From: Balanoglossus misakiensis
Lineage: Eukaryota > Animalia > Hemichordata
Direction of reading: 5' to 3'
DNA: 64,000 nt
NCBI GenBank assembly: GCA_040954595.2
Contig: CM082591.2
Coordinates: 9,813,309-9,877,308, forward strand
Each line of letters opens with the position of its first letter. Positions within the stretch are counted from its first letter, which is position 1. A program made the translations under genes and the position numbers. The notes beneath the pieces are model-generated. The model did not search any database and was not told the origin of the DNA. It worked only from the letters and a program-made list of their open reading frames with translations. Shown piece after piece: positions 24,401 through 39,400 of this stretch.

Positions 24401-27400
24401 AGTCTAATGTAAACGTTACGAATTGATCGAAAGGCGCTCTGATGAATGTTAACACGAGTGCGCAGTGACAAGACATGCATCGTGCATGACAGTGACAACA
24501 GTTCCTATAGAGCAGTTAAAAAATAAACCGGCCGTCCGGAAATTTATCAGCTATATTTTTTTTTATTTAGTCACGTTTTCCCTGTTGCATGCTATTAGTT
24601 CAGGGGCCAGTTTTAGCAGTGCTCTATTGAGTACTTTCGTATCGATGGATTGATCTCTCGTCCAATCAGAATGGCGGATGGTAGCATGATCCGACATATT
24701 GCGTATTACAATAGGGCTTCCTCATACAGGTCAGAACGGAGAGGTCATTCCTTTTATTTTAGGACGTCTCAGCTCCTTTGTCTTTTCTGTTATAGTGTTA
24801 AAGAAATCAAACGGTTTTGTTTTGGCCGGTAAACACCGATGGATTAACTCTTAAGTCCATCGTGCATCCCAACGCAGTCGAGTCGGTTTGGTCATTGTTT
24901 ATGCGACAGTAAATGCCAAATGTGACAGAAGCATCATATTAAATGAGATAGAATACACAAACAAACAAACATACGAATAAACAAACAGGCAAACAAACAA
25001 ACAAACAACCATTAGGGACTGTTCAGAATTTACTTCCAAGTTGGGGATGGAGGATTTTTTATTTTCCTGGTGATTTTTTTCCATGGATTCCCCTAGTAAA
25101 TTGTGGAGGAAATATGTGGTCCCTCCTTAAATTTCCTGGGGATTTTCCATGGTCCCCCTATTGTGACTTTTGTGTCTAGTCTCCCCTAATTTGTCTTGGA
25201 GAAAATGGGGGGTCCCCCCCCCCTCTGAAAATTCTCCGCCCCCCTGGAAGTAAATTCTGAACAGTCCCTTATTAAAGCCAACAGCTAGCACCCTGGCTTC
25301 TCTGCCAGAGGAGCGATAACATCGACAAAATGCAGATACACAAGAAATGAGCACTTTATTCCACAAGTGAAGTAGTCTGTTCCCTGCCCCATTCCCACCG
25401 CTGGCTGCGCCCTTTAGCGTAGCGCCGATGGCAGTGGGAATGGGGCAGGGGACCAGACTACAAGTGAAGAACCCCAGTAACAGACGTAACGAACAAACAA
25501 ACTACATGTACTAACAACAAAGCAAGAAAAGTGTCAAGCGTCGTCAAAGAAAACGAAAAAGTTCTGGCATGGTTGGTAAAAGTTATTGGTAGAAAACGAA
25601 TAGGGCCTTCTACAAATGACGTCTCAGACCCGCAAACGCCACCAGAACACAAAACACATGCACAGAACAGTTTAAGCCGGTTGTTGTATGGAGCAGCAAT
25701 AATCTGCGGTTGGGCCGTCGTAGATTTTCGCTGGTGGTGAAAATAAATAAAACACGATCGATGTTCGATTTATTCCAGATCACATGCGTTTACGGCCAGG
25801 AGAGAGCATAAAAGTCTTCAAATGACCATGTGGTGGCGCACTTTTTCCGATTGGCTGTATTTCAATTTGTTCGTGGTAAATTAATTTTGTGGAGGTGACC
25901 GGCACTGAAGCTCTTAGCTAGGATGAGGTGGGATGGAAAAATGCCCCATTTTAGCTGTTTTAAAATATACGACTATTTATAGACAAAAGGAAAATAAAAC
26001 AAGCGCAAAAACATACCAAACCTAGTTTTATTAATTAAAAACAAAATTGCTGAGTAAAGGTTTTCATGTGGGCATTCACTTTGAACTTGCTAAATTAATT
26101 TAAAGAGACAAAGTCGCTCTCTCTTTGTCCTTTTGCGATGATAGAATGCTTGCTTGAAGTCTCTCGTGCAATAAATGATGTCGATTCATACATGTATGGA
26201 TGGTGTATAGGTGGTCGGAATTTACATGTCTTTGCCACGACCAAACCAACAACACGTAAAATCAAAGTTTGGGTCATGAAATCGAGTTTTGTTACAGTCT
26301 AGAATTCCATGCCACCCCTTATGGTCATATTATTCTTGGTAGGCAAAAGTGACAAGTAGTCAAGTTTCAACACAGGCAACATTTTTACAAACAAACCACA
26401 AAGAAGACATCAAAAGGGAGAGAATTATAGAATGGTCAATGTGTGAAAAGTTAAGATACGTAAAGTGGCCGGGTTCAACATTAACTCATCGACTTCATAT
26501 CGTCTTCATGCCATGGTTTTTGCCTGCCCTGAAAGTTCTTGTCGTTGCAGAAGTGGTTTTGACAGAAAGAATTTAGTCTTCCGGGATGTTTGTGATTATT
26601 TGAACACCAGACAATACAATGCAACCTTGACTTCCAAAATACTTACCGGCATTGCATTATCTTACCATGGTTAGGCCTACAGTGAACAAATTTTCAACAA
26701 TATTTTCTGAGTTACCGCTGATATTTGTTTTGTAGTATGGATATTAAATTATACATCCCGATACAAAACAGAATGTTATAGAATCCTTCCTGAGTGATAT
26801 TGAAAAAATTACCGGAATGCTACCGCCTAATCTATGGTTAGGGTTATTGCTATTATTTTATATCAGTAATCGACTTTGTGTATATCAATGTCATTTTCAT
26901 AACGAAAATGAACTCGAGTCTAATGTAAACGTTACGAATTGATCGAAAGGCGCTCTGATGAATGTTAACACGAGTGCGCAGTGACAAGACATGCATCGTG
27001 CATGACAGTGACAACAGTTCCTATAGAGCAGTTAAAAAATAAACCGGCCGTCCGGAAATTTATCAGCTATATTTTTTTTTATTTAGTCACGTTTTCCCTG
27101 TTGCATGCTATTAGTTCAGGGGCCAGTTTTAGCAGTGCTCTATTGAGTACTTTCGTATCGATGGATTGATCTCTCGTCCAATCAGAATGGCGGATGGTAG
27201 CATGATCCGACATATTGCGTATTACAATAGGGCTTCCTCATACAGGTCAGAACGGAGAGGTCATTCCTTTTATTTTAGGACGTCTCAGCTCCTTTGTCTT
27301 TTCTGTTATAGTGTTAAATAAATCAAACGGTTTTGTTTTGGCCGGTAAACACCGATGGATTAACTCTTTAGTCCATCGTGCATCCAAACGCAGTCGAGTC

Positions 27401-30400
27401 GGTTTGGTCATTGTTTATGCGACAGTAAATGCCAAATGTGACAGAAGCATCATATTAAATGAGATAGAATACACAAACAAACAAACATACGAATAAACAA
27501 ACAGGCAAACAAACAAACAAACAACCATTAGGGACTGTTCAGAATTTACTTCCAAGTTGGGGATGGAGGATTTTTTATTTTCCTGGTGATTTTTTTCTAT
27601 GGTCTCCCCTAGTAAATTGTGGAGGAAATATGTGGACCCTCCTTAAATTTCCTGGGGATTTTCCATGGTCCCCCTATTGTGACTTTTATGTCTAGTCTCC
27701 CCTAATTTGTCTTGGAGAAAATGGGTGGTCCCCCCCCCCTCTGAAAATTCTCCGCCCCCTGGAAGTAAATTCTGAACAGTCCCTTATTAAAGCCAACAGC
27801 TAGCACCCTGGCTTCTCTGCCAGAGGAGCGATAACATCGACAAAATGCAGATACACAAGAAATGAGCACTTTATTCCACAAGTGAAGTAGTCTGTTCCCT
27901 GTCCCATTCCCATCGGTGGCTGCGCCCTTTAGCGTAGCGCCGATGGCAGTGGGAATGGGGCAGGGGACCAGACTACAAGTGAAGAACCCCAGTAACAGAC
28001 GTAACGAACAAACAAACTACATGTACTAACAACAAAGCAAGAAAAGTGTCAAGCGTCGTCAAAGAAAACGAAAAAGTTCTAGCATGGTTGGTAAAAGTTA
28101 TTGGTAGAAAACGAATAGGGCCTTCTACAAATGACGTCTCAGACCCGCAAACGCCACCAGAACACAAAACACATGCACAGAACAGTTTAAGCCGGTTGTT
28201 GTATGGAGCAGCAATAATCTGCGGTTGGGCCGTCGTAGATTTTCGCTGGTGGTGAAAATAAATAAAACACGATCGATGTTCGATTTATTCCAGATCACAT
28301 GCGTTTACGGCCAGGAGAGAGCATAAAAGTCTTCAAATGACCATGTGGTGGCGCACTTTTTCCGATTGGCTGTATTTCAATTTGTTCGTGGTAAATTAAT
28401 TTTGTGGAGGTGACCGGCACTGAAGCTCTTAGCTAGGATGAGGTGGGATGGAAAAATGCCCCATTTTAGCTGTTTTAAAATATACGACTATTTATAGACA
28501 AAAGGAAAATAAAACAAGCGCAAAAACATACCAAACCTAGTTTTATTAATTAAAAACAAAATTGCTGAGTAAAGGTTTTCATGTGGGCATTCTCTTTGAA
28601 CTTGCTAAATTAATTTAAAGAGACAAAGTCGCTCTCTCTTTGTCCTTTTGCGATGATAGAATGCTTGCTTGAAGTCTCTCGTGCAATAAATGATGTCGAT
28701 TCATACATGTATGGATGGTGTATAGGTGGTCGGAATTTACATGTCTTTGCCACGACCAAACCAACAACACGTAAAATCAAAGTTTGGGTCATGAAATCGA
28801 GTTTTGTTACAGTCTAGAATTTCATGCCACCCCTTATGGTCATATTATTCTTGGTAGGCAAAAGTGACAAGTAGTCAAGTTTCAACACAGGCAACATTAT
28901 AGAATGGTCAATGTGTGAAAAGTTAAGATACGTAAAGTGGCCGGGTTCAACATTAAATCATCGACTTCATATCGTCTTCATGCCATGGTTTTTGCCTGCC
29001 CTGAAAGTTCTTGTCGTTGCAGAAGTGGTTTTGACAGAAAGAATTTAGTCTTCCGGGATGTTTGTGATTATTTGAACACCAGACAATACAATGCAACCTT
29101 GACTTCCAAAATACTTATAGGCATTGCATTATCTTACCATGGTTAGGCCTACATTGAACAAATTTTCAACAATATTTTCTGAGTTACCGCTGATATTTGT
29201 TTTGTAGTATGGATATTAAATTATACATCCCGATACAAAACAGAATGTTATAGAATCCTTCCTGAGTGATATTGAAAAAATTACCGGAATGCTACCGCCT
29301 AATCTATGGTTAGGGTTATTGCTATTATTTTATATCAGTAATCGACTTTGTGTATATCAATGTCATTTTCATAACGAAAATGAACTCGAGTCTAATGTAA
29401 ACGTTACGAATTGATCGAAAGGCGCTCTGATGAATGTTAACACGAGTGCGCAGTGACAAGACATGCATCGTGCATGACAGTGACAACAGTTTCTATAGAG
29501 CAGTTAAAAAATAAACCGGCCGTCCGGAAATTTATCAGCTATATTTTTTTTTATTTAGTCACGTTTTCCCTGTTGCATGCTATTAGTTCAGGGGCCAGTT
29601 TTAGCAGTGCTCTATTGAGTACTTTCGTATCGATGGATTGATCTCTCGTCCAATCAGAATGGCGGATGGTAGCATGATCCGACATATTGCGTATTACAAT
29701 AGGGCTTCCTCATACAGGTCAGAACGGAAAGGTCATTCCTTTTATTTTAGGACGTCTCAGCTCCTTTGTCTTTTCTGTTATAGTGTTAAAGAAATCAAAC
29801 GGTTTTGTTTTGGCCGGTAAACACCGATGGATTAACTCTTAAGTCCATCGTGCATCCAAACGCAGTCGAGTCGGTTTGGTCATTGTTTATGCGACAGTAA
29901 ATGCCAAATGTGACAGAAGCATCATATTAAATGAGATAGAATACACAAACAAACAAACATACGAATAAACAAACAGGCAAACAAACAAACAAACAACCAT
30001 TAGGGACTGTTCAGAATTTACTTCCAAGTTGGGGATGGAGGATTTTTTATTTTCCTGGTGATTTTTTTCCATGGTCTCCCCTAGTAAATTGTGGAGGAAA
30101 TATGTGGTCCCTCCTTAAATTTCCTGGGGATTTTCCATGGTCCCCCTATTGTGACTTTTATGTCTAGTCTCCCCTAATTTGTCTTGGAGAAAATGGGTGG
30201 TCCCCCCTTCTGAAAATTCTCCGCCCCCTGGAAGTAAATTCTGAACAGTCCCTTATTAAAGCCAACAGCTAGCACCCTGGCTTCTCTGCCAGAGGAGCGA
30301 TAACATCGACAAAATGCAGATACACAAGAAATGAGCACTTTATTCCACAAGTGAAGTAGTCTGTTCCCTGTCCCATTCCCACCGCTGGCTGCGCCCTTTA

Positions 30401-33400
30401 GCGTAGCGCCGATGGCAGTGGGAATGGGGCAGGGGACCAGACTACAAGTGAAGAACCCCAGTAACAGACGTAACGAACAAACAAACTACATGTGCTAACA
30501 ACAAAGCAAGAGAAGTGTCAAGCGTCGTCAAAGAAAACGAAAAAGTTCTAGCATGGTTGGTAAAAGTTATTGGTAGAAAACGAATAGGGCCTTCTACAAA
30601 TGACGTCTCAGACCCGCAAACGCCACCAGAACACAAAACACATGCACAGAACAGTTTAAGCCGGTTGTTGTATGGAGCAGCAATAATCTGCGGTTGGGCT
30701 GTCGTAGATTTTCGCTGGTGGTGAAAATAAATAAAACACGATCGATGTTCGATTTATTCCAGATCACATGCGTTTACGGCCAGGAGAGAGCATAAAAGTC
30801 TTCAAATGACCATGTGGTGGCGCACTTTTTCCGATTGGCTGTATTTCAATTTGTTCGTGGTAAATTAATTTTGTGGAGGTGACCGGCACTGAAGCTCTTA
30901 GCTAGGATGAGGTGGGATGGAAAAATGCCCCATTTTAGCTGTTTTAAAATATACGACTATTTATAGACAAAAGGAAAATAAAACAAGCGCAAAAACATAC
31001 CAAACCTAGTTTTATTAATTAAAAACAAAATTGCTGAGTAAAGGTTTTCATGTGGGCATTCACTTTGAACTTGCTAAATTAATTTAAAGAGACAAAGTCG
31101 CTCTCTCTTTGTCCTTTTGCGATGATAGAATGCTTGCTTGAAGTCTCTCGTGCAATAAATGATGTCGATTCATACATGTATGGATGGTGTATAGGTGGTC
31201 GGAATTTACATGTCTTTGCCACGACCAAACCAACAACACGTAAAATCAAAGTTTGGGTCATGAAATCGAGTTTTGTTACAGTCTAGAATTTCATGCCACC
31301 CCTTATGGTCATATTATTCTTGGTAGGCAAAAGTGACAAGTAGTCAAGTTTCAACACAGGCAACATTTTTTACAAACAAACCACAAAGAAGACATCAAAA
31401 GGGAGAGAATTATAGAATGGTCAATGTGTGAAAAGTTAAGATACGTAAAGTGGCCGGGTTCAACATTAACTCATCGACTTCATATCGTCTTCATGCCATG
31501 GTTTTTGCCTGCCCTGAAAGTTCTTGTCGTTGCAGAAGTGGTTTTGACAGAAAGAATTTAGTCTTCCGGGATGTTTGTGATTATTTGAACACCAGACAAT
31601 ACAATGCAACCTTGACTTCCAAAATACTTACCGGCATTGCATTATCTTACCATGGTTAGGCCTACAGTGAACAAATTTTCAACAATATTTTCTGAGTTAC
31701 CGCTGATATTTGTTTTGTAGTATGGATATTAAATTATACATCCCGATACAAAACAGAATGTTATAGAATCTTTCCTGAGTGATATTGAAAAAATTACCAG
31801 AATGCTACCGCCTAATCTATGGTTAGGGTTATTGCTATTATTTTATATCAGTAATCGACTTTGTGTATATCAATGTCATTTTCATAACGAAAATGAACTC
31901 GAGTCTAATGTAAACGTTACGAATTGATCGAAAGGCGCTCTGATGAATGTTAACACGAGTGCGCAGTGACAAGACATGCATCGTGCATGACAGTGACAAC
32001 AGTTCCTATAGAGCAGTTAAAAAATAAACCGGCCGTCCGTAAATTTATCAGCTATATTTTTTTTATTTAGTCACGTTTTCCCTGTTGCATGCTATTAGTT
32101 CAGGGGCCAGTTTTAGCAGTGCTCTATTGAGTACTTTCGTATCGATGGATTGATCTCTCGTCCAATCAGAATGGCGGATGGTAGCATTATCCGACATATT
32201 GCGTATTACAATAGGGCTTCCTCATACAGGTCAGAACGGAGAGGTCATTCCTTTCATTTTAGGACGTCTCAGCTCCTTTGTCTTTTCTGTTATAGTGTTA
32301 AAGAAATCAAACGGTTTTGTTTTGGCCGGTAAACACCGATGGATTAACTCTTAAGTCCATCGTGCATCCAAACGCAGTCGAGTCGGTTTGGTCATTGTTT
32401 ATGCGACAGTAAATGCCAAATGTGACAGAAGCATCATATTAAATGAGATAGAATACACAAACAAACAAACATACGAATAAACAAACAGGCAAACAAACAA
32501 CCATTAGGGACTGCTCAGAATTTACTTCCAAGTTGGGGATGGAGGATTTTTTATTTTCCTGGTGATTTTTTTCCATGGTCTCCCCTAGTAAATTGTGGAG
32601 GAAATATGTGGTCCCTCCTTAAATTTCCTGGGGATTTTCCATGGTCCCCCTATTGTGACTTTTATGTCTAGTCTCCCCTAAATTGTCTTGGAGAAAATGG
32701 GTGGTCCCCCCCCCCCTCTGAAAATTCTCCGCCCCCTGGAAGTAAATTCTGAACAGTCCCTTATTAAAGCCAACAGCTAGCACCCTGGCTTCTCTGCCAG
32801 AGGAGCGATAACATCGACAAAATGCAGATACACAAGAAATGAGCACTTTATTCCACAAGTGAAGTAGTCTGTTCCCTGCCCCATTCCCACCGCTGGCTGC
32901 GCCCTTTAGCGTAGCGCCGATGGCAGTGGGAATGGGGCAGGGGACCAGACTACAAGTGAAGAACCCCAGTAACAGACGTAACGAACAAACAAACTACATG
33001 TACTAACAACAAAGCAAGAAAAGTGTCAAGCGTCGTCAAAGAAAACGAAAAAGTTCTAGCATGGTTGGTAAAAGTTATTGGTAGAAAACGAAAAGGGCCT
33101 TCTACAAATGACGTCTCAGACCCGCAAACGCCACCAGAACACAAAACACATGCACAGAACAGTTTAAGCCGGTTGTTGTATGGAGCAGCAATAATCTGCG
33201 GTTGGGCCGTCGTAGATTTTCGCTGGTGGTGAAAATAAATAAAACACGATCGATGTTCGATTTATTCCAGATCACATGCGTTTACGGCCAGGAGAGAGCA
33301 TAAAAGTCTTCAAATGACCATGTGGTGGCGCACTTTTTCCGATTGGCTGTATTTCAATTTGTTCGTGGTAAATTAATTTTGTGGAGGTGACCGGCACTGA

Positions 33401-36400
33401 AGCTCTTAGCTAGGATGAGGTGGGATGGAAAAATGCCCCATTTTAGCTGTTTTAAAATATACGACTATTTATAGACAAAAGGAAAATAAAACGAGCGCAA
33501 AAACATACCAAACCTAGTTTTATTAATTAAAAACAAAATTGCTGAGTAAAGGTTTTCATGTGGGCATTCACTTTGAACTTGCTAAATTAATTTAAAGAGA
33601 CAAAGTCGCTCTCTCTTTGTCCTTTTGCGATGATAGAATGCTTGCTTGAAGTCTCTCGTGCAATAAATGATGTCGATTCATACATGTATGGATGGTGTAT
33701 AGGTGGTCGGAATTTACATGTCTTCGCCACGACCAAACCAACAACACGTAAAATCAAAGTTTGGGTCATAAAATCGAGTTTGGTTACAGTCTAGAATTTC
33801 ATGCCACCCCTTATGGTCATATTATTCTTGGTAGGCAAAAGTGACAAGTAGTCAAGTTTCAACACAGGCAACATTTTTTACAAACAAACCACAAAGAAGA
33901 CATCAAAAGGGAGAGAATTATAGAATGGTCAATGTGTGAAAAGTTAAGATACGTAAAGTGGCCGGGTTCAACATTAACTCATCGACTTCATATCGTCTTC
34001 ATGCCATGGTTTTTGCCTGCCCTGAAAGTTCTTGTCGTTGCAGAAGTGGTTTTGACAGAAAGAATTTAGTCTTCCGGGATGTTTGTGATTATTTGAACAC
34101 CAGACAATACAATGCAACCTTGACTTCCAAAATATTTACCGGCATTGCATTATCTTACCATGGTTAGGCCTACAGTGAACAAATTTTCAACAATATTTTC
34201 TGAGTTACCGCTGATATTTGTTTTGTAGTATGGATATTAAATTATACATCCCGATACAAAACAGAATGTTATAGAATCCTTCCTGAGTGATATTGAAAAA
34301 ATTACCGGAATGCTACCGCCTAATCTATGGTTAGGGTTATTGCTATTATTCTATATCAGTAATCGACTTTGTGTATATCAATGTCATTTTCATAACGAAA
34401 ATGAACTCGAGTCTAATGTAAACGTTACGAATTGATCGAAAGGCGCTCTGATGAATGTTAACACGAGTGCGCAGTGACAAGACATGCATCGTGCATGACA
34501 GTGACAACAGTTCCTATAGAGCAGTTAAAAAATAAACCGGCCGTCCGTAAATTTATCAGCTATATTTTTTTTTATTTAGTCACGTTTTCCCTGTTGCATG
34601 CTATTAGTTCAGGGGCCAGTTTTAGCAGTGCTCTATTGAGTACTTTCATATCGATGGATTGATCTCTCGTCCAATCAGAATGGCGGATGGTAGCATGATC
34701 CGACATATTGCGTATTACAATAGGGCTTCCTCATACAGGTCAGAACGGAGAGGTCATTCCTTTTATTTTAGGACGTCTCAGCTCCTTTGTCTTTTCTGTT
34801 ATAGTGTTAAAGAAATCAAACGGTTTTGTTTTGGCCGGTAAACACCGATGGATTAACTCTTAAGTCCATCGTGCATCCAAACGCAGTCGAGTCGGTTTGG
34901 TCATTGTTTATGCGACAGTAAATGCCAAATGTGACAGAAGCATCATATTAAATGAGATAGAATACACAAACAAACAAACATACGAATAAACAAACAGGCA
35001 AACAAACAAACAAACAAACAACCATTAGGGACTGTTCAGAATTTACTTCCAAGTTGGGGATGGAGGATTTTTTATTTTCCTGGTTATTTTTTTCCATGGT
35101 CTCCCCTAGTAAATTGTGGAGGAAATATGTGGTCCCTCCTTAAATTTCCTGGGGATTTTCCATGGTCCCCCTATTGTGACTTTTATGTCTAGTCTCCCCT
35201 AATTTGTCTTGGAGAAAATGGGTGGTCCCCCCCCCCCCTCTGAAAATTCTCCGCCCCCTGGAAGTAAATTCTGAACAGTCCCTTATTAAAGCCAACAGCT
35301 AGCACCCTGGCTTCTCTGCCAGAGGAGCGATAACATCGACAAAATGCAGATACACAAGAAATGAGCACTTTATTCCACAAGTGAAGTAGTCTGTTCCCTG
35401 CCCCATTCCCACCGCTGGCTGTGCCCTTTAGCGTAGCGCCGATGGCAGTGGGAATGGGGCAGGGGACCAGACTACAAGTGAAGAACCCCAGTAACAGACG
35501 TAACGAACAAACAAACTACATGTACTAACAACAAAGCAAGAAAAGTGTCAAGCGTCGTCAAAGAAAACGAAAAAGTTCTAGCATGGTTGGTAAAAGTTAT
35601 TGGTAGAAAACGAATAGGGCCTTCTACAAATGACGTCTCAGACCCGCAAACGCCACCAGAACACAAAACACATGCACAGAACAGTTTAAGCCGGTTTTTG
35701 TATGGAGCAGCAATAATCTGCGGTTGGGCCGTCGTAAATTTTCGCTGGTGGTGAAAATAAATAAAACACGATCGATGTTCGATTTATTCCAGATCACATG
35801 CGTTTACGGCCAGGAGAGAGCATAAAAGTCTTCAAATGACCATGTGGTGGCGCACTTTTTCCGATTGGCTGTATTTCAATTTGTTCGTGGTAAATTAATT
35901 TTGTGGAGGTGACCGGCACTGAAGCTCTTAGCTAGGATGAGGTGGGATGGAAAAATGCCCCATTTTAGCTGTTTTAAAATATACGACTATTTATAGACAA
36001 AAGGAAAATAAAACAAGCGCAAAAACATACCAAACCTAGTTTTATTAATTAAAAACAAAATTGCTGAGTAAAGGTTTTCATGTGGGCATTCACTTTGAAC
36101 TTGCTAAATTAATTTAAAGAGACAAAGTCGCTCTCTCTTTGTCCTTTTGCGATGATAGAATGCTTGCTTGAATTCTCTCGTGCAATAAATGATGTCGATT
36201 CATACATGTATGGATGGTGTATAGGTGGTCGGAATTTACATGTCTTTGCCACATAAAATCAAAGTTTGGGTCATGAAATCGAGTTTTGTTACAGTCTAGA
36301 ATTTCATGCCACCACTTATGGTCATATTATTCTTAGTAGGCAAAAGTGACAAGTAGTCAAGTTTCAACACATGCAACATTTTTTACAAACAAACCACAAA

Positions 36401-39400
36401 GAAGACATCAAAAGGGAGAGAATTATAGAATGGTCAATGTGTGAAAAGTTAAGATACGTAAAGTGGCCGGGTTCAACATTAACTCATCGACTTCATATCG
36501 TCTTCATGCCATGGTTTTTGCCTGCCCTGAAAGTTCTTGTCGTTGCAGAAATGGTTTTGACAGAAAGAATTTAGTCTTCCGGGATGTTTGTGATTATTTG
36601 AACACCAGACAATACAATGCAACCTTGACTTCCAAAATACTTACCGGCATTGCATTATCTTACCATGGTTAGGCCTACAGTTAACAAATTTTCAACAATA
36701 TTTTCTGAGTTACCGCTGATATTTGTTTTGTAGTATGGATATTAAATTATACATCCCGATACAAATCAGAATGTTATAGAATCCTTCCTGAGTGATATTG
36801 AAAAAATTACCGGAATGCTACCGCCTAATCTATGGTTAGGGTTATTGCTTTTATTTTATATCAGTAATCGACTTTGTGTATATCAATGTCATTTTCATAA
36901 CGAAAATGAACTCGAGTCTAATGTAAACGTTACGAATTGATCAAAAGGCGCTCTGATGAATGTTAACACGAGTGCGCAGTGACAAGACATGCATCGTGCG
37001 TGACAGTGACAACAGTTCATATAGAGCAGTTAAAAAATAAACCGGCCGTCCGTAAATTTATCAGCTATATTTTTTTTTTTTTAGTCACGTTTTCCCTGTT
37101 GCATGCTATTAGTTCAGGGGCCAGTTTTAGCAGTGCTCTATTGAGTACTTTCGTATCGATGGATTGATCTCTCGTCCAATCAGAATGGCGGATGGTAGCA
37201 TGATCCGACATATTGCGTATTACAATAGGGCTTCCTCATACAGGTCAGAACGGAGAGGTCATTCCTTTTATTTTAGGACGTCTCAGCTCCTTTGTCTTTT
37301 CTGTTATAGTGTTAAAGAAATCAAACGGTTTTGTTTTGGCCGGTAAACACCGATGGATTAACTCTTAAGTCCATCGTGCATCCAAACGCAGTCGAGTCGG
37401 TTTGGTCATTGTTTATGCGACAGTAAATGCCAAATGTGACAGAAGCATCATATTAAATGAGATAGAATACACAAACAAACAAACATACGAATAAACAAAC
37501 AGGCAAACAAACAAACAAACAACCATTAGGGACTGTTCAGAATTTACTTCCAAGTTGGGGATGGAGGATTTTTTATTTTCCTGGTGATTTTTTTCCATGG
37601 TCTCCCCTAGTAAATTGTGGAGGAAATATGTGGTCCCTCCTTAAATTTCCTGGGGATTTTCCATGGTCCCCCTATTGTGACTTTTATGTCTAGTCTCCCC
37701 TAATTTGTCTTGGAGAAAATGGGTGGTCCCCCCCCCTCTGAAAATTCTTTGCCCCCTGGAAGTAAATTCTGAACAGTCCCTTATTAAAGCCAACAGCTAG
37801 CACCCTGGCTTCTCTGCCAGAGGAGCGATAACATCGACAAAATGCAGATACACAAGAAATGAGCACTTTATTCCACAAGTGAAGTAGTCTGTTCCCTGCC
37901 CCATTCCCACCGCTGGCTGCGCCCTTTAGCGTAGCGCCGATGGCAGTGGGAATGGGGCAGGGGACCAGACTACAAGTGAAGAACCCCAGTAACAGACGTA
38001 ACGAACAAACAAACTACATGTACTAACAACAAAGCAAGAAAAGTGTCAAGCGTCGTCAAAGAAAACGAAAAAGTTCTAGCATGGTTGGTAAAAGTTATTG
38101 GTAGAAAACGAATAGGGCCTTCTACAAATGACGTCTCAGACCCGCAAACGCCACCAGAACACAAAACACATGCACAGAACAGTTTAAGCCGGTTGTTGTA
38201 TGGAGCAGCAATAATCTGCGGTTGGGCCGTCGTAGATTTTCGCTGGTGGTGAAAATAAATAAAACACGATCGATGTTCGATTTATTCCAGATCACATGCG
38301 TTTACGGCCAGGAGAGAGCATAAAAGTCTTCAAATGACCATGTGGTGGCGCACTTTTTCCGATTGGCTGTATTTCAATTTGTTCGTGGTAAATTAATTTT
38401 GTGGAGGTGACCGGCACTGAAGCTCTTAGCTAGGATGAGGTGGGATGGAAAAATGCCCCATTTTAGCTGTTTTAAAATATACGACTATTTATAGACAAAA
38501 GGAAAATAAAACAAGCGCAAAAACATACCAAACCTAGTTTTATTAATTAAAAACAAAATTGCTGAGTAAAGGTTTTCATGTGGGCATTCACTTTGAACTT
38601 GCTAAATTAATTTAAAGAGACAAAGTCGCTCTCTCTTTGTCCTTTTGCGATGATAGAATGCTTGCTTGAAGTCTCTCGTGCAATAAATGATGTCGATTCA
38701 TACATGTATGGATGGTGTATAGGTGGTCGGAATTTACATGTCTTTGCCACGACCAAACCAACAACACGTAAAATCAAAGTTTGGGTCATGAAATCGAGTT
38801 TTGTTACAGTCTAGAATTTCATGCCACCCCTTATGGTCATATTATTCTTGGTAGGCAAAAGTGACAAGTAGTCAAGTTTCAACACAGGCAACATTTTTTA
38901 CAAACAAACCACAAAGAAGACATCAAAAGGGAGAGAATTATAGAATGGTCAATGTGTGAAAAGTTAAGATACGTAAAGTGGCCGGGTTCAACATTAACTC
39001 ATCGACTTCATATCGTCTTCATGCCATGGTTTTTGCCTGCCCTGAAAGTTCTTGTCGTTGCAGAAGTCGTTTTGACAGAAAGAATTTAGTCTTCCGGGAT
39101 GTTTGTGATTATTTGAACACCAGACAATACAATGCAACCTTGACTTCCAAAATACTTACCGGCATTGCATTATCTTACCATGGTTAGGCCTACAGTGAAC
39201 AAATTTTCAACAATATTTTCTGAGTTACCGCTGATATTTGTTTTGTAGTATGGATATTAAATTATACATCCCGATACAAAACAGAATGTTATAGAATCCT
39301 TCCTGAGTGATATTGAAAAAATTACCGGAATGCTACCGCCTAATCTATGGTTAGGGTTATTGCTATTATTTTATATCAGTAATCGACTTTGTGTATATCA

